From NCBI GenBank assembly GCA_010093605.1, contig MU004202.1, positions 259,560 to 323,559 on the forward strand: a stretch of 64,000 bases of DNA. Reading direction: 5' to 3'. A program made the translations under genes and the position numbers. The notes under the pieces were generated by a model. It did not search any database, was not told the DNA's origin, and saw only the letters and a program-made list of their open reading frames with translations. Source of the DNA: Lophium mytilinum. Lineage: Eukaryota. How positions within the stretch are numbered: the stretch's first letter is position 1; each line of letters opens with the position of its first letter. Positions 14,258 to 25,675 of this stretch are shown one piece after another.

Positions 14258-16582
14258 ATGTCACTCCCATCGTTCAGCAATTATTGGAAATCAAAGATCG
14301 GCCACCGGCGATGTGTCAACTGGTTGCTTGGCACTGCCGACCGCGTCAACCCACATGCCCTCGATGGGTATCCTGGGGCCAGGGAGGCCTTGCGGCAGCC
14401 TGTTGACTACAACAGCATTGACTACGTGACTGCGCGTCCTTTAAAATCGCACGGCTATCTAGCGGTAGCCGCTGTGATTGTCAGATCGAAATGCGAGATA
14501 CCCCCATGGGTTTTGTCTTGTCTTCACAACACTCTAGAAATTCGGCGGAAACTCACTACACGATGGCAGAAACTAGGCATGTACGCCGAGTCAGTTCGAC
14601 AAGCAACAGAACAGCACGCCTATTTCAACGGTGTCCTGGCGGCAACGATTGAACTTCTTGAACCTCGAGCTTCTATGCCAAGAGGGCTATCGCCAGATCC
14701 GGTCTCGTCGTTCGATGGTGCTCAAGACAGTCGCGATGAAACTAACGGGGACCTTGCATCACTAGAAGACCTACAAAGCGATCGCGTTCTCGAGATTGCT
14801 TTTGTTGCGGACCCGGCGGCACATTCCGACGATACACCCAGAAGCGGAGAAAACAATACGGATGACACTCTGCTCGCACTATCTGCCCTTTTCGGTCACA
14901 TGGAGGAAGTCGGGCTTCATCTGCAAAAGGTTTGGACGGACTATCGGGATGGTAGGACCAGCCTAATGAATGCTTCCTTGACAACGGACACCGCCTTTGC
15001 GCTCATGCAACTCGAGGAGTCCGTGCTCGCAGCAACATTTCCTCGTCTGTCAAATTACACTGAGATTGCTGAACATCTTAATGTAGACCTGCCGGACTTG
15101 GAAGCCTCGGTCGGAACAGAAAGTGAACAAGAGGAGGAGCTGCTCCCATTTGCAGATGTGTTTCGAATACTACGTCAATCTACCTACACGACCAGAATCA
15201 GGGGTAACGCTGATGATCCGAACGGCTGGCGTGGGAGTCAATTATGGCGAAGTTTTCGCGAAACTGAAATTAATGGTCAACGCGAAGGTAGTTCCCCATG
15301 TCCTGGGTTTTCTTACCTGCTGGAGCTTCTTCGGGAATTGTGGCTTTTCCAAATCTCGCCAGATATCCAGAACCAGAAGATCTGGCGCCCGGATACTCTC
15401 ACCCGCGGCATCCTCGACATGTTCCAAACCAAATCCATTCCCACTTGGTTGGTGTTTGCTTGTCGCGTATACGTGGACATCCGCACGACAATTGGATTAC
15501 AGGCTACTTGGTTTCAACGAGATCTAGCGCCACTTGAACGAGAATTCCAATGCTCCTTAGAGGAATTTTTGAGGGAGCTCAAAGAAAGGTGGCCCACCTT
15601 GCGTCAAGCCGTAGACCGGGTCCCAGAAATGCCACCTGAGGCATTGAAACTCTTTTTGAAAGAACCATTAAACCTCGCCCACCTCATGAACAGGATCCTA
15701 CGCAAAGAATGCTACAGCACTTCCGCCGTCAAGGACCGCCTCGGACTCCGCCCAACTCCCGGACCGTACCTGCTCCGAATCCATCCTCTCCTATGCGGTC
15801 AAATGGTCTTCGAGTTCTTCCACAGAATCCACGATCTTGGAATCAAACTCATGAACGGGACTTGGGACATCGTCCCACTCGCTCATCTTTACAATGCCGG
15901 GCGCCTCTCAGGCCTCATCACCACCCTATGGGCGGACATGGAAACGCTCATCTCCATCCACGGCCGAATATTCCTCCTACTACCCGACTCGAACGACGCC
16001 GAGAAATTCCACCGCCTAGTTAGGATCGCGCATGGAGAAAAGCTGCGCGCGTACGCCAGGGACTCGCGAACCGGCCGCGTCCAAAGAGACCCGGCCCGTA
16101 AACGGCTGATAAAGCCTGCTCAGTTGATGGAATTGATCATGCAAGCTTCACACGACCGCGAGGATAAGGCACGCGTCCCCTTTGCCTCACTACACCAAAT
16201 CGTAAACTTCATATGCCCACCTCAACCCGGCAATACATCGAACGCGACGACATCCTCGTCCCTCGCCGAACTCCTAGCCTCGTTGCAAACGCGCATTGCA
16301 GCCGAAGAGCCTCACCTCAACTTCCCCTACCTAAATCTCTTCACGCGTCTCGCCGCTGTCCCGATCGAAGCACTCGGGCCTAACGGACTGGGTCCAGATG
16401 TCATAGGCAGTTTCTGGGGTCTCGAAGTGTGCAAGAGTCAGCGGTGGGCACCGCTTGTGATTTCGGTCCTCAAGGCAAACTACTCCGCGGCGTCTGGAGG
16501 GGTGGCGGCGCCCTTTGGGGATTATCGCGTTGCACTGGGGAAGTTGGTGGGGATGTTGATGGGGGCGGTTGAGGCAGTGTAG
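14258..16582 (+). CDS. DUF6604-like fungal protein (774 aa, single exon)
   Basis: Long ORF. The N-terminal Y..K....WL..TA, IP.WV...L...L..RR and H.YF..VL pattern, plus the later HPLLCG and HLYNA...W.DME motifs, resemble DUF6604 proteins. Confidence 0.65.
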   Translation: MSLPSFSNYWKSKIGHRRCVNWLLGTADRVNPHALDGYPGAREALRQPVDYNSIDYVTARPLKSHGYLAVAAVIVRSKCEIPPWVLSCLHNTLEIRRKLTTRWQKLGMYAESVRQATEQHAYFNGVLAATIELLEPRASMPRGLSPDPVSSFDGAQDSRDETNGDLASLEDLQSDRVLEIAFVADPAAHSDDTPRSGENNTDDTLLALSALFGHMEEVGLHLQKVWTDYRDGRTSLMNASLTTDTAFALMQLEESVLAATFPRLSNYTEIAEHLNVDLPDLEASVGTESEQEEELLPFADVFRILRQSTYTTRIRGNADDPNGWRGSQLWRSFRETEINGQREGSSPCPGFSYLLELLRELWLFQISPDIQNQKIWRPDTLTRGILDMFQTKSIPTWLVFACRVYVDIRTTIGLQATWFQRDLAPLEREFQCSLEEFLRELKERWPTLRQAVDRVPEMPPEALKLFLKEPLNLAHLMNRILRKECYSTSAVKDRLGLRPTPGPYLLRIHPLLCGQMVFEFFHRIHDLGIKLMNGTWDIVPLAHLYNAGRLSGLITTLWADMETLISIHGRIFLLLPDSNDAEKFHRLVRIAHGEKLRAYARDSRTGRVQRDPARKRLIKPAQLMELIMQASHDREDKARVPFASLHQIVNFICPPQPGNTSNATTSSSLAELLASLQTRIAAEEPHLNFPYLNLFTRLAAVPIEALGPNGLGPDVIGSFWGLEVCKSQRWAPLVISVLKANYSAASGGVAAPFGDYRVALGKLVGMLMGAVEAV

Positions 16583-17834
16583 CTTGGGCTACCTTTTGGC
16601 ACACTGAGGACCTGCTGGCGGGGGTACCCCTTACGGTGACGTTGAGTGAGCAAAGGTTGAGCTCGGGTAGTGAGATTTGGTGTGTTCGACGCTATGATTC
16701 GGGTTTGGAGGGGTATGAAGGTCTTGATATATTGAGGGTTTACCTAGGTCTATGGAATGGATCGTTGGTTCGTGCATGGTTTGGTCTTTGTTTCTAGCAT
16801 ATGTTCTGCATCCAAAAAAACACGGCGATGACGCTAACGAAGGTCCGTCGAATGACGACGAGATCGAGGAGATCGAGAGGAACCTCCGATATAACGCTAA
16901 TTGCTACAACACTGGAAAGCCGAGGTCACTAGTCAAAAACCTGGTCAAGTATGCATTGGACGAGAATGTAGCCGGAGGGTGGTAGCTATACCTACGTTTC
17001 GAGTATATTTACGGCATCTCTGATCTGCCTTTCCTCTCACCTTGACCCCGTGACACCCGTGACCGGCTGACTAACGGCACTCTCCCGCCTCTTCGCCTAT
17101 AAATACCCGTCTGAACTCAGACTTGAGAAGACTTCAGTGATGAGGTGGGGGGTCAGATCAACAACGCATCTTCTATCAGCCCATGGTTTGCTTTCGAGCA
17201 AAATACGTCCCACTGTTCCCATGGAGTCTTTGGCTGCTGGGTCAAACATCGGCAAAGTGACTGTGATGGAGGAAGCTTGGTGCCTTTTAAAAACGTGGAA
17301 GGACAAGAATAATGGGCGGAGTGGGGTTGGGAGTTCAACTTCTGACAAGGTCGCGAGCAATGGACTGGGGATTATGCTGCATCTTCGGTGCTCGTCGCCA
17401 TCGCCGCGTCTACTGCTTACCACTAACATTCTCTAATATAGGTTACAGTTCACGAAAGTTAGAGACGAGACAAATGAATACTTAAGGACAGTGGTTACCA
17501 TCAACAGACTGTCTCACCAACGATTGGAATCAAACTTTTGGAAAAATTCAGGAAAGAGGTGTAGTCTTTAGATCAGAAAGTGCAGTGCACCGCCGGCAGA
17601 GCAAAGCATGGCTCGGTTCGCGTAATCGAGTCGTTGGCTGGGTCAAACACCGGGAAAGTGACTGTGATGAAGGAGGCTTGGTGCGTGCGTGCATGAGGAC
17701 ATTTTGTACTAAAGCCGCTGCGAACGCAGGCGGAAAGGGCCTGAACGTCAGACCAAGTCACCCAAATCCTCTCCATCGGGTCCCTTGCATTCCAGCATGC
17801 TTGAGTCCTTGTTGAGTTGACCAAGCTATTCATG

Positions 17835-18911
17835 CTATGGTGAGCCTGTCCTTTCCTGGGAGATGACCTTAGTCGCTGAATAACAGTGCTTTGCATGCTG
17901 GAGAAAGTCTGCTTTTGACCAAGCCCGGTACTTCATTCGAAATAGAAATCGGTCAATATGATCAACATGATAACCAACTGGGATTAATTCTGATAATGTG
18001 CTGTTATCCATCTTTTCGATTGCGGAATCATGATAGGTGACCTCACATCCTCGACACCAGAGCCCATGCTCTGCTTCAGTGCTTCCACTGACTAGGGACG
18101 GAAAGGGCATGGCACCCATCCCGGAGAATTTATCAAAAGGTCTGATGGCCTCGTCGGTTGTTGTAAGAGGGTCCTGCGAAAGCAGGTCTAAAGGCGCCTG
18201 TCGATACCATTCGAATAAGTTGGCTGGAAGGGTTGAAAGATATGTCGTGGCCGATATATTAGGCAACCGATGCACCATCAGGGCTAGCTCCTTTGCAGCC
18301 TTTACGGTACTAAACGCCATCGACCTTTGATGGAATACGTCACCGTACCGTCCAGGAATGCTCCACATAACGGGTAACGCTTTTACTTGCTCCTTTGTCA
18401 GATCAAAACTGTGCCTGGCCAATGGTAATGAGATCATCCATAGAGACTGGTTGTCTATAAGGCATGCAAAGCAGCACCGCTCAGCGGAGAGTAGAATTAG
18501 GAATGCTCCATATTCGCCGCATGACAAGCATCGATTAGAACAGAGGGCTACACAAAGGGTGGAAATAGAGTGAAGGTCAAGGATCTTAGCCTGGGTTAGG
18601 ATCTTGAAGGTATAGGCTGCAACTCTGGCGATCTTTCCGTACTCCTTCAGAGATTCAACAACGGCTTTGCCGCGTAAGGAGACGCGGGATAGGTACCTTA
18701 GGGATTGGAGATCCAGGTATGCGAGAGACTCATGCAGAACTTCGAGAGGTAGGGTGTCAAGCCGTCCTAATGATGAGTCGCGATGAACAGTCGTAGATGA
18801 AAGCTTCGCCGACTCATCAACTGAGATTACAGCATCGAGAATGTGCCGTGGCTGATAAGAGAGGTGGAGGAGGATGTCGGCGTCTTGGAGGAACATAGTG
18901 TTAGTCTCCAT
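17835..18911 (-). CDS. Fungal F-box domain protein with Cys-rich motifs
   Basis: LGRLDTLPLEVLHESLAYLDLQSLRYLSRVS F-box; CxxC...ERCCFACL, GLWCRGC and C-terminal HAKHC. Confidence 0.85.
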   Translation of the reverse strand: METNTMFLQDADILLHLSYQPRHILDAVISVDESAKLSSTTVHRDSSLGRLDTLPLEVLHESLAYLDLQSLRYLSRVSLRGKAVVESLKEYGKIARVAAYTFKILTQAKILDLHSISTLCVALCSNRCLSCGEYGAFLILLSAERCCFACLIDNQSLWMISLPLARHSFDLTKEQVKALPVMWSIPGRYGDVFHQRSMAFSTVKAAKELALMVHRLPNISATTYLSTLPANLFEWYRQAPLDLLSQDPLTTTDEAIRPFDKFSGMGAMPFPSLVSGSTEAEHGLWCRGCEVTYHDSAIEKMDNSTLSELIPVGYHVDHIDRFLFRMKYRAWSKADFLQHAKHCYSATKVISQERTGSP

Positions 18912-19562
18912 TGCAAGCTGTGATGCTGGAGAGATGCACCGTATTCAGGACGAATTAGTTCAGGAGTACGGCCTTATTGGTGTGGTTCGGCCGTGGAGAA
19001 GATGAGAAACACCAGTCGGGGTCCGGCACCGATGGTGGAGATGATGTATAGCAACGACAGATAGATGTAGAGTAGAGTGTAGAGTAGAGGTTTGCGTATT
19101 TGATGAAGCTACGGAAGGCACCCAGAGGTGCCTGAATAGCTTGTAGCTGCCTAGGTGCTAAGCCATATCCGGTGTAGCGCACCTTCGTTCCCCCTGGCTT
19201 ACTAGCCAAAAACCCTATATCTAATCCTTCCGTTGTAACTAGCTTTCTCCCTCACCCATCACCCAATACATTCAATACTTGACTATCACCAAGCTTATGG
19301 CATAAGCCACTCTCAACAGTGCACGAGAGTGCTATCTTTAATACATCCGCTCTTTCGTAATATTGTTCTGGGCATTTAACGCGAATTGCGAAAGCTCTTC
19401 ATTTGCTCAGCGCAATCCTCATGCTCCATCTGCCAAGAAAAAAGATCTCACTTCAGCACCATTCATCGGAAGAACAAAAGCCGCTACATAAGCCTCTTCT
19501 GAATCTCCATTTTTGATTCTGGCCTGCTTCTCCAGCTCGCAACGCCCCCGCGAAAGCCCGGC

Positions 19563-20639
19563 ATGGCTCTGCGCGACACCACAGATGTCCCTTCTGAGCT
19601 GCCGAAGTACAGCATCGCCGGCTGGGAAACTACACTTAACGGATTTATCCTCTACATGTGCGTTCGCAGCGCACGGCTAAACATCCACGTCTTAACGCAG
19701 AACTTCCATAGCTCGCCAATCGCTATCGAGGCTGTGCAGAGGGCTACGGCGAAGATCAGCAGCGAACTCGATGAACCTGATTTAGAAGAGTATCATGAAG
19801 AAATTGCTCTGCAGTTCTTGTCAGAACTCCAGAAGCTCGCACCGCCCATCCATCATGTCGGAAAGTTGACGCTTGAAGAGATAGAAGCTTGCCAATACTA
19901 CGACTGCCAGCTCGAATTCTACGACGAGGTGCCTCGCCCAAGTGCTATTACTCGCAAGGGAGCTGAAGAAGAAAATCCCAATGATATATGGTACGACCCG
20001 CAGCCCACCCCCTTCGAGTCGATATTCCCTCAGTTCCAACGCTCCGAGGTCGAAGTCCTTTATGACGATCCCAGTACTGCTCTTCAGATGATTCCCGATA
20101 AGGTCCTTGTTCAAGGCCAACTCCTCTTCTGGAAACCCTCATGGTCGTCGCGCGAGTTCAAAGACGTTGTTGGAAAGTACAGCAAGATATACCGGTCAGG
20201 CCTACGCCCGGATCAACTACCTACGTCACGACTATATGGAGTAGTCGTGGACAAGAAAGGCATCCCTCGTGGGCAGCTCTACTACTGGATTGACATCGAC
20301 AAGACTCCTACGTGGGAGCAGGTTGAACAAGCTCCAAAGGAGCTTCGGGAGAAATGGGTTTCACAAATCCAAAACACGGTGTCAACTTTGCACGACTTGG
20401 ATGTTATCTGGGGAGACGTCCAAGCCCGCAATGTCGTCATCGACAGGAGTGGGAATGCAATTGTTATTAGTTTCGAAGGCGGCGCTGTCAAAGGATGGAT
20501 TGATAAAGACAAGATGGAGACGAAGGAAGGGGACCTGCAAGGCTTGGAGCGACTCGTGGATTACATTATGAACGATGACTCTTCCTTGCGACTTAGAGAC
20601 AAGGAGGCGGACCTTAAGTGGTGTGGCACAGAACGCTGA
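19563..20639 (+). CDS. Fungal protein-kinase-like domain protein, probable pseudokinase
   Basis: 358-aa ORF: FWK (beta3 Lys), RLYGVVVD, KWVSQI..TV..LHDLDVIWGDVQARNVVID; SFEGG at the DFG position; GWID...ETKEGDLQGL. Confidence 0.75.
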   Translation: MALRDTTDVPSELPKYSIAGWETTLNGFILYMCVRSARLNIHVLTQNFHSSPIAIEAVQRATAKISSELDEPDLEEYHEEIALQFLSELQKLAPPIHHVGKLTLEEIEACQYYDCQLEFYDEVPRPSAITRKGAEEENPNDIWYDPQPTPFESIFPQFQRSEVEVLYDDPSTALQMIPDKVLVQGQLLFWKPSWSSREFKDVVGKYSKIYRSGLRPDQLPTSRLYGVVVDKKGIPRGQLYYWIDIDKTPTWEQVEQAPKELREKWVSQIQNTVSTLHDLDVIWGDVQARNVVIDRSGNAIVISFEGGAVKGWIDKDKMETKEGDLQGLERLVDYIMNDDSSLRLRDKEADLKWCGTER

Positions 20640-21559
20640 ACTTCACTAGGGTCCGGCTCACAACGCCTAGGTAGATCTGCTCTAGAGCTGGGGGGCCATT
20701 GGAGGGTTTGCCATCGGTGCCGGAAAGCACGAGACTGGTATCAATGAAGGCGTCAGTTGTATCCCTGACGAACTTACTTCTGTGAGAGAGAAGGCGATCA
20801 TTTTGGCACGCCTCTTCCCTGAAGTCTTTATCGTTCGCTGAAAAAGATTGACTAAGGTGCACCGCGTCAATATCGGCGTTAGTGGAAAATTTCACGCCAT
20901 TCGTCGCCTGTTCTGGATCCCACTGGCCTCCTCGTACCACGAATTTTCCATATTACAGCGCCGAACTTTTTGAATCTACAGTTCCAAGTCTCGAGCTCCT
21001 TCGCAAGGATTTTCTTTGCCGTTGCGCGACGTTGCCCAGCATTCGATGTGGTGTTGCAGCTTCTGAAGTCTGCCTAGGTCCATAAACTCCTCAGCCGAGG
21101 GCAGAACTCCTTCCATCTATTTTCTTCCACGGTCCCATCGCGCTTGGCGTTTTCGAGAGTTGTCACATTCTGTTCTCAGATCAGCTTTTGTGTACCAATA
21201 TGGCTCCTACATGTTGCCTACGGGTGTGTAAAGTATGCCACCGCTTGGGAAACTCTTCTAGGCAGGAAATAAGGGGCACACTGCAGCATGTCAACACTGT
21301 CTGAGGTGGCCTGAAGAGCTATCAGGCTTGTCAAAGCTAATGTTCTATGAATAGTAATAGCATACTAAAGGACCTCTAACAGTGCTAAACAAGTATAAAA
21401 GTAGTAGGTATGCCTTAACGCTTATCTCCTACGCTCCCTTATTGCTTTACTTTCTTGTGGGTAAAGTAGGTACTCTAGTTTACTACTACTAATAGTATCT
21501 TAGAAAGTTTTCATACAGCCTAAACGTAAGATTTTCTATATTATTTGTATCTTTAAAAA

Positions 21560-21652
21560 TCTATTGAAGCACTATAAGCAGCGGCAGACAGGTGTATGAG
21601 AGGCAGAATGTAGGTTAAGTGTGCCACCTTTTTGATACCCTGCGTGCCAGAT
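21560..21652. mobile_element. MITE family A, partial copy (one terminal inverted repeat) next to an AT-rich decayed tract
   Basis: TTGAAGCACTATAAGCAGCGGCAGACAGGTGTATGAGAGGCA...AGTGTGCCACCTTTTTGATACCCTGCGTGCCAG matches the right arm of the 32643-32890 element. Confidence 0.75.
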
Positions 21653-22283
21653 CACCTTTTTCAGTGGTACCCTACACACAACTTAAAGTCATTATTGCTA
21701 TCATTATGTTTTTTTTGCGCGTTTCGTGGTCCAGCCTAATTCGTATGTGAGGCTGCTCTGCTATGAAAATTACTTTGGCGCAGTACACTTGACTCGAAGG
21801 CTTTGAGTTGTGTGCTCTCCCCTAAGTGGGCATCGCACATTTGTGCGATTCAATTTTGCTGGTGGGTGGGCTCGAACTGCTATTGGTCGTACCTCCTAGT
21901 GCCAGGACTCAGCCTCACCTTGCAACCCAATCGCACACGAGTGCTGAAAGATTACAGATAAGCCCCAGTCCTCTCCGTGTTCTTGCTCCTTCTCTCTGGG
22001 TACTACGACAGATTTTTCAAAGCTCAATGCAAGCCGATTCTGTCCAGTCACCCCAGTTGCGCTTGCAAGCGCGAAAATCATCCAAACTACTGCCATGCTG
22101 ACAGGGCATGAGCCTGATCTCCCAACCTCCTCCTACATACGGCGAAGCCGGGTTCTTCCACCAACACCTTTCCTACATTGATGTGGGTATCATGGCGCTA
22201 GTAGGACTGTCATATATATATAGTCACTTTCGTTAGCTTAAATTTCTGAGCGCGTTTGTTCCTGTTATACTATTCAAACTTCG

Positions 22284-24845
22284 ATGGTTCTCGCTGTTTT
22301 GGATTCTGCCGAAACAATGACCGTTCCCGAGCCGCATGGCATTGGTACGGTGCAGCTATCTAAAATCGATTCGGGGGTTTTTCCCCCTAAATCATCGACG
22401 ACATGGGCCACTAGGGATGACGAAACCCTAATGAGCGCCAGAGCCTCGGGGCTGAACTGGCAGCCCATTGCTGCGAAACACTTCCCTTCGAGAACCGCGA
22501 ATGCGTGCCGCAAACGCCACGAACGATTAATGGAGCGCAAGAACGCCGAGGACTGGGACGGCGTGAAGCTGGAGACCCTTGCCATGGAATATATGAACGT
22601 GCGGCGCGAGATGTGGATAGTCCTATCCAATCGGGTGGGCGAGAAGTGGACAATAGTTGAAGCTAAGGTGGGTTCTCTCTAAAGACACTTACGAAAACTA
22701 ACACTAACCTTGGCAGTGTATGGAAAAAGGCCTTAAGAGCCTCCAGCAAGCCCATCGTTCCGCACAGAGGAAGGAGCGAGGTAATTCAGTCGGCGACAGC
22801 GGTATCGGTATCGGTTTTCCGGACGCTGGGTACGAATCAGATAACAGCCATATATCGGAGCGGTCAGACGGCCACGCGCTTCCGGGTCAGCATGGCGGCC
22901 CCAGCATCCAGTCCATGCTTTCTCTTTCTCCGGCATACCCTCAAGGTCCAAAAAGTAATAAACCATATTTGTTGGAATCTACCCAGGTTTCGAGAAAGGG
23001 TAGAAAGCTGTCATCAGCGATCAAACTCGGAGAAGCAGTGGCTGTCGAGGCTGTTGTTGAGGACGACGCCCCTCAAGCGATAATGCCGATAAAGCTAGAT
23101 GAACATTGCACGGAAAAGCCAGCAGTGCAAACAGAAACGCCAGTGACGTACGGTCAGTGTCGTGAACTTGACCCAGACGCTCGTTCAATTCCCTCCGCTG
23201 GGGTATGCCTGATTTCGTCAGGAAATGAAAGCTCCCAGGTGTCTGGCAGCTCTTCAACTCAGGTCAACAGCATTAATAAAGTGTCTCCCGCAAGAGATGC
23301 AGAGATTAACGAAGCGAAAGAACTCCTTGATGTAGCCACTGCTAAGCTAAGGGCTGGTATTGTTCAAGAGCTCCTGGACTATGCCTCAACGTGTTGCGTG
23401 GACTCCCCTGAAAGCTCGGGCTCAAATGACACCATTTCGTCCGAGCAAACAACCAAATCAAGCGATGAGACCTCGGTTACCTTCTGGGATAATTCCGCGC
23501 AGACATCTATGCAAAAGCGGAGCCGTGATAGTCACCGCGAAGAGCCAGGAGACGACAGTGACAAATCCGACGATGGCGACGACGATGATCGAAGAAGAAA
23601 GAAACAGAAAGCAGATATTCCTGGTGGGGAAATAACGGGTAGGCGATTGAAATGTCCGTACCACCAGAGAGAGCCTGGGAGATATATTCGAGCCGCCTGT
23701 AGAGGACAGGGTTTCGCAGATATGGCAAAGCTAAAGTGGGTACCCTTCTACCTTAAAATCTTCCCTTGCTACAGATATTCAAGATTTGAACAGAGATCAC
23801 CTTAAACGAGTACATACCCAACCTTTGCGCTGTGCGCGATGCTGGGAAGAGATGGAGTCCGATGACGCATTTACGAAGCATTTACAAACGGACGAAAGAT
23901 GCACGAAGCGGGTTGAGCCAAAAGATGACCGCATCAAGCCTCAGCAGCTGAAATTGCTCGACTTCAAGAAAGCTCCCTACGCGCAGTTGAAGGACACAGA
24001 GAAGAAGTGGCGAATGCTATACCAAGTACTCTTCCCACAAGACAAGGACATTCCCCCTGCATGTATGACTGAGACTATTCACTTCACAGAGCGCATTACA
24101 CTAACTACTCTGTGAGATAGTCGAGCATCATGGTATGACTGCTGGACTTGAGAAACTTCTTGCTGAAGCGCTTGAAGAAGAGCTGACGAAAGAGCTTGGG
24201 CCCGCCCTCCACCACATTATGTCCAAGATTAAAGACAAGATTCCAATGATTATTCAAAAGTGCAAGTCACGAGTCTTCGGCGGTCCAAGTAGTCAAAGCG
24301 TGGCCTATACTCCTTCGAGTACGAGTATGACAAGTCCAATGCCGGATATGGATGCCAATTCTGACGCAGAACGAATGAGCACGAGTGCTTTACCCTGGGA
24401 GAGTCTCCAACGTTCTTCCTCTTATCAGAACTCCATAGTAGCTGGTGGCGAGCTTACACAAATCACGTATAACGGTCAGATGGAGCCCCCTCCTCGTCCT
24501 AGCGACGAAAGCTTCCGAGGTGACGGAAACACAGTGTTTCAAATCTCAAGCAATCAATTACACTGCGCAACCAGTCAGAGCATTCCCAGTTTCTCCGAAC
24601 GTCAAAATGCACCCTACACCGCCAATCATGGTCTTGGCGCTCTTGAATATCAGACTGTTCCTAGCGCGGAATGCACTTGCAAGGCCAGCGAGCGACATAC
24701 CGGCGGATCCGTCCTGCCAATTGAGACCAGCAACGTCCAAGATCGCAGCAGTCTAGCCTCACTGCCAGTCATAGACGAGTGGGAATTTCCCTCTGATAAC
24801 ACAATGTCAGACTTCTCTCAATATCTTCGAGACTTGGGTAGTTAA
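22284..24845 (+). CDS. Myb/SANT-like domain protein fused to a fungal C2H2-like zinc-finger module, 4 exons
   Basis: WATRDDETLMSARASGLNWQPIAAKHFPSRTANACRKRHERL (Myb-like), then LKCPY...CRGQGF..MAKLKDHLKRVH..PLRCARC...HLQ...C. Introns at about 22668-22715, 23737-23793 and 24063-24120. Confidence 0.75.
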
Positions 24846-25164
24846 GATCGGAGAACAAAAGAAATTCGTCTAGCGTGTTTAAAGAGGCATGAAACGTCAC
24901 TAGGAAGCTAGTTGAGTCAGTCCCATAAAATTATGTCAAAACTTGTAATGCAAAGGTGTCTTTGGTAACGCCTAAAGATGCAGAAGAAAGCAAATTTGAA
25001 GAAGTCCAATTTAATCTTTCGAACCACGCCCCTCGCTGTTTTAATACCCTATTATTATCAACCACAGCATAACTCTCATTGAAGCATCCGGCTATCAGCT
25101 CGTCCATTCACAACATTTGGTAGCCTCTCTCGTGATTTTGTGGACCTCCAGGCTCTAACGCCGC

Positions 25165-25295
25165 TACCTATTTGTGGTGCTTCAAGGCATTTCCATAAGG
25201 ATAAACTTAAAACGAGATAGAAACTCTTAGCTTTGGACTATGTGGAAATTTGTTGAAGCACCCCAGCCAGTGGCGGACAGGTGTACACACGACCT
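25165..25295. mobile_element. MITE family A, internal/partial copy in inverted orientation
   Basis: GAGATAGAAACTCTTAGCTTTGGACTATGTGGAAATTTGTTGAAGCACCCCAGCCAGTGGCGGACAGGTGTACACACGAC is close to the reverse complement of about 32700-32783. Confidence 0.8.
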
Positions 25296-25675
25296 CACAA
25301 GACTTTCCTAATTCCCTGGCTTTGGGACGCTTTCTTGTCCCGTGATTTCCACTGACTACACACGTCCTCCATCTACCATGAAAAGCACCTCTTCTCCAAG
25401 CCTAGAGATGCGAGAGCCTTCTTCTATATACGCTTTACTCCCTCAACGATCCGCAGGTACTTACATAGACTAGGCTACAGTCTCCAGATGTACCATATGC
25501 TAACATCATCAATTTGGAAACTGTCATAGTCCAACAATACCACTCAATCTCTAGCTGAACCGCCTCGGAGTAGTGCAGAGGATTGAAGATTTTAAAGTTT
25601 GGCAGCCAACTTCAGCCTTCTTTCGCTAAGCTGGGTTTCGTGTTTCGGTCGCCTTTCTAAGTTAGAAGCAAATAC

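Noticed and set aside
16752..16985. Small ORF with a hydrophobic start and acidic middle
   Set aside because: No homology recognisable; may be a fragment or chance ORF
20682..21170. Stop-interrupted protein-like frame on the minus strand
   Set aside because: Possible pseudogene relic, but no family can be assigned without tBLASTn
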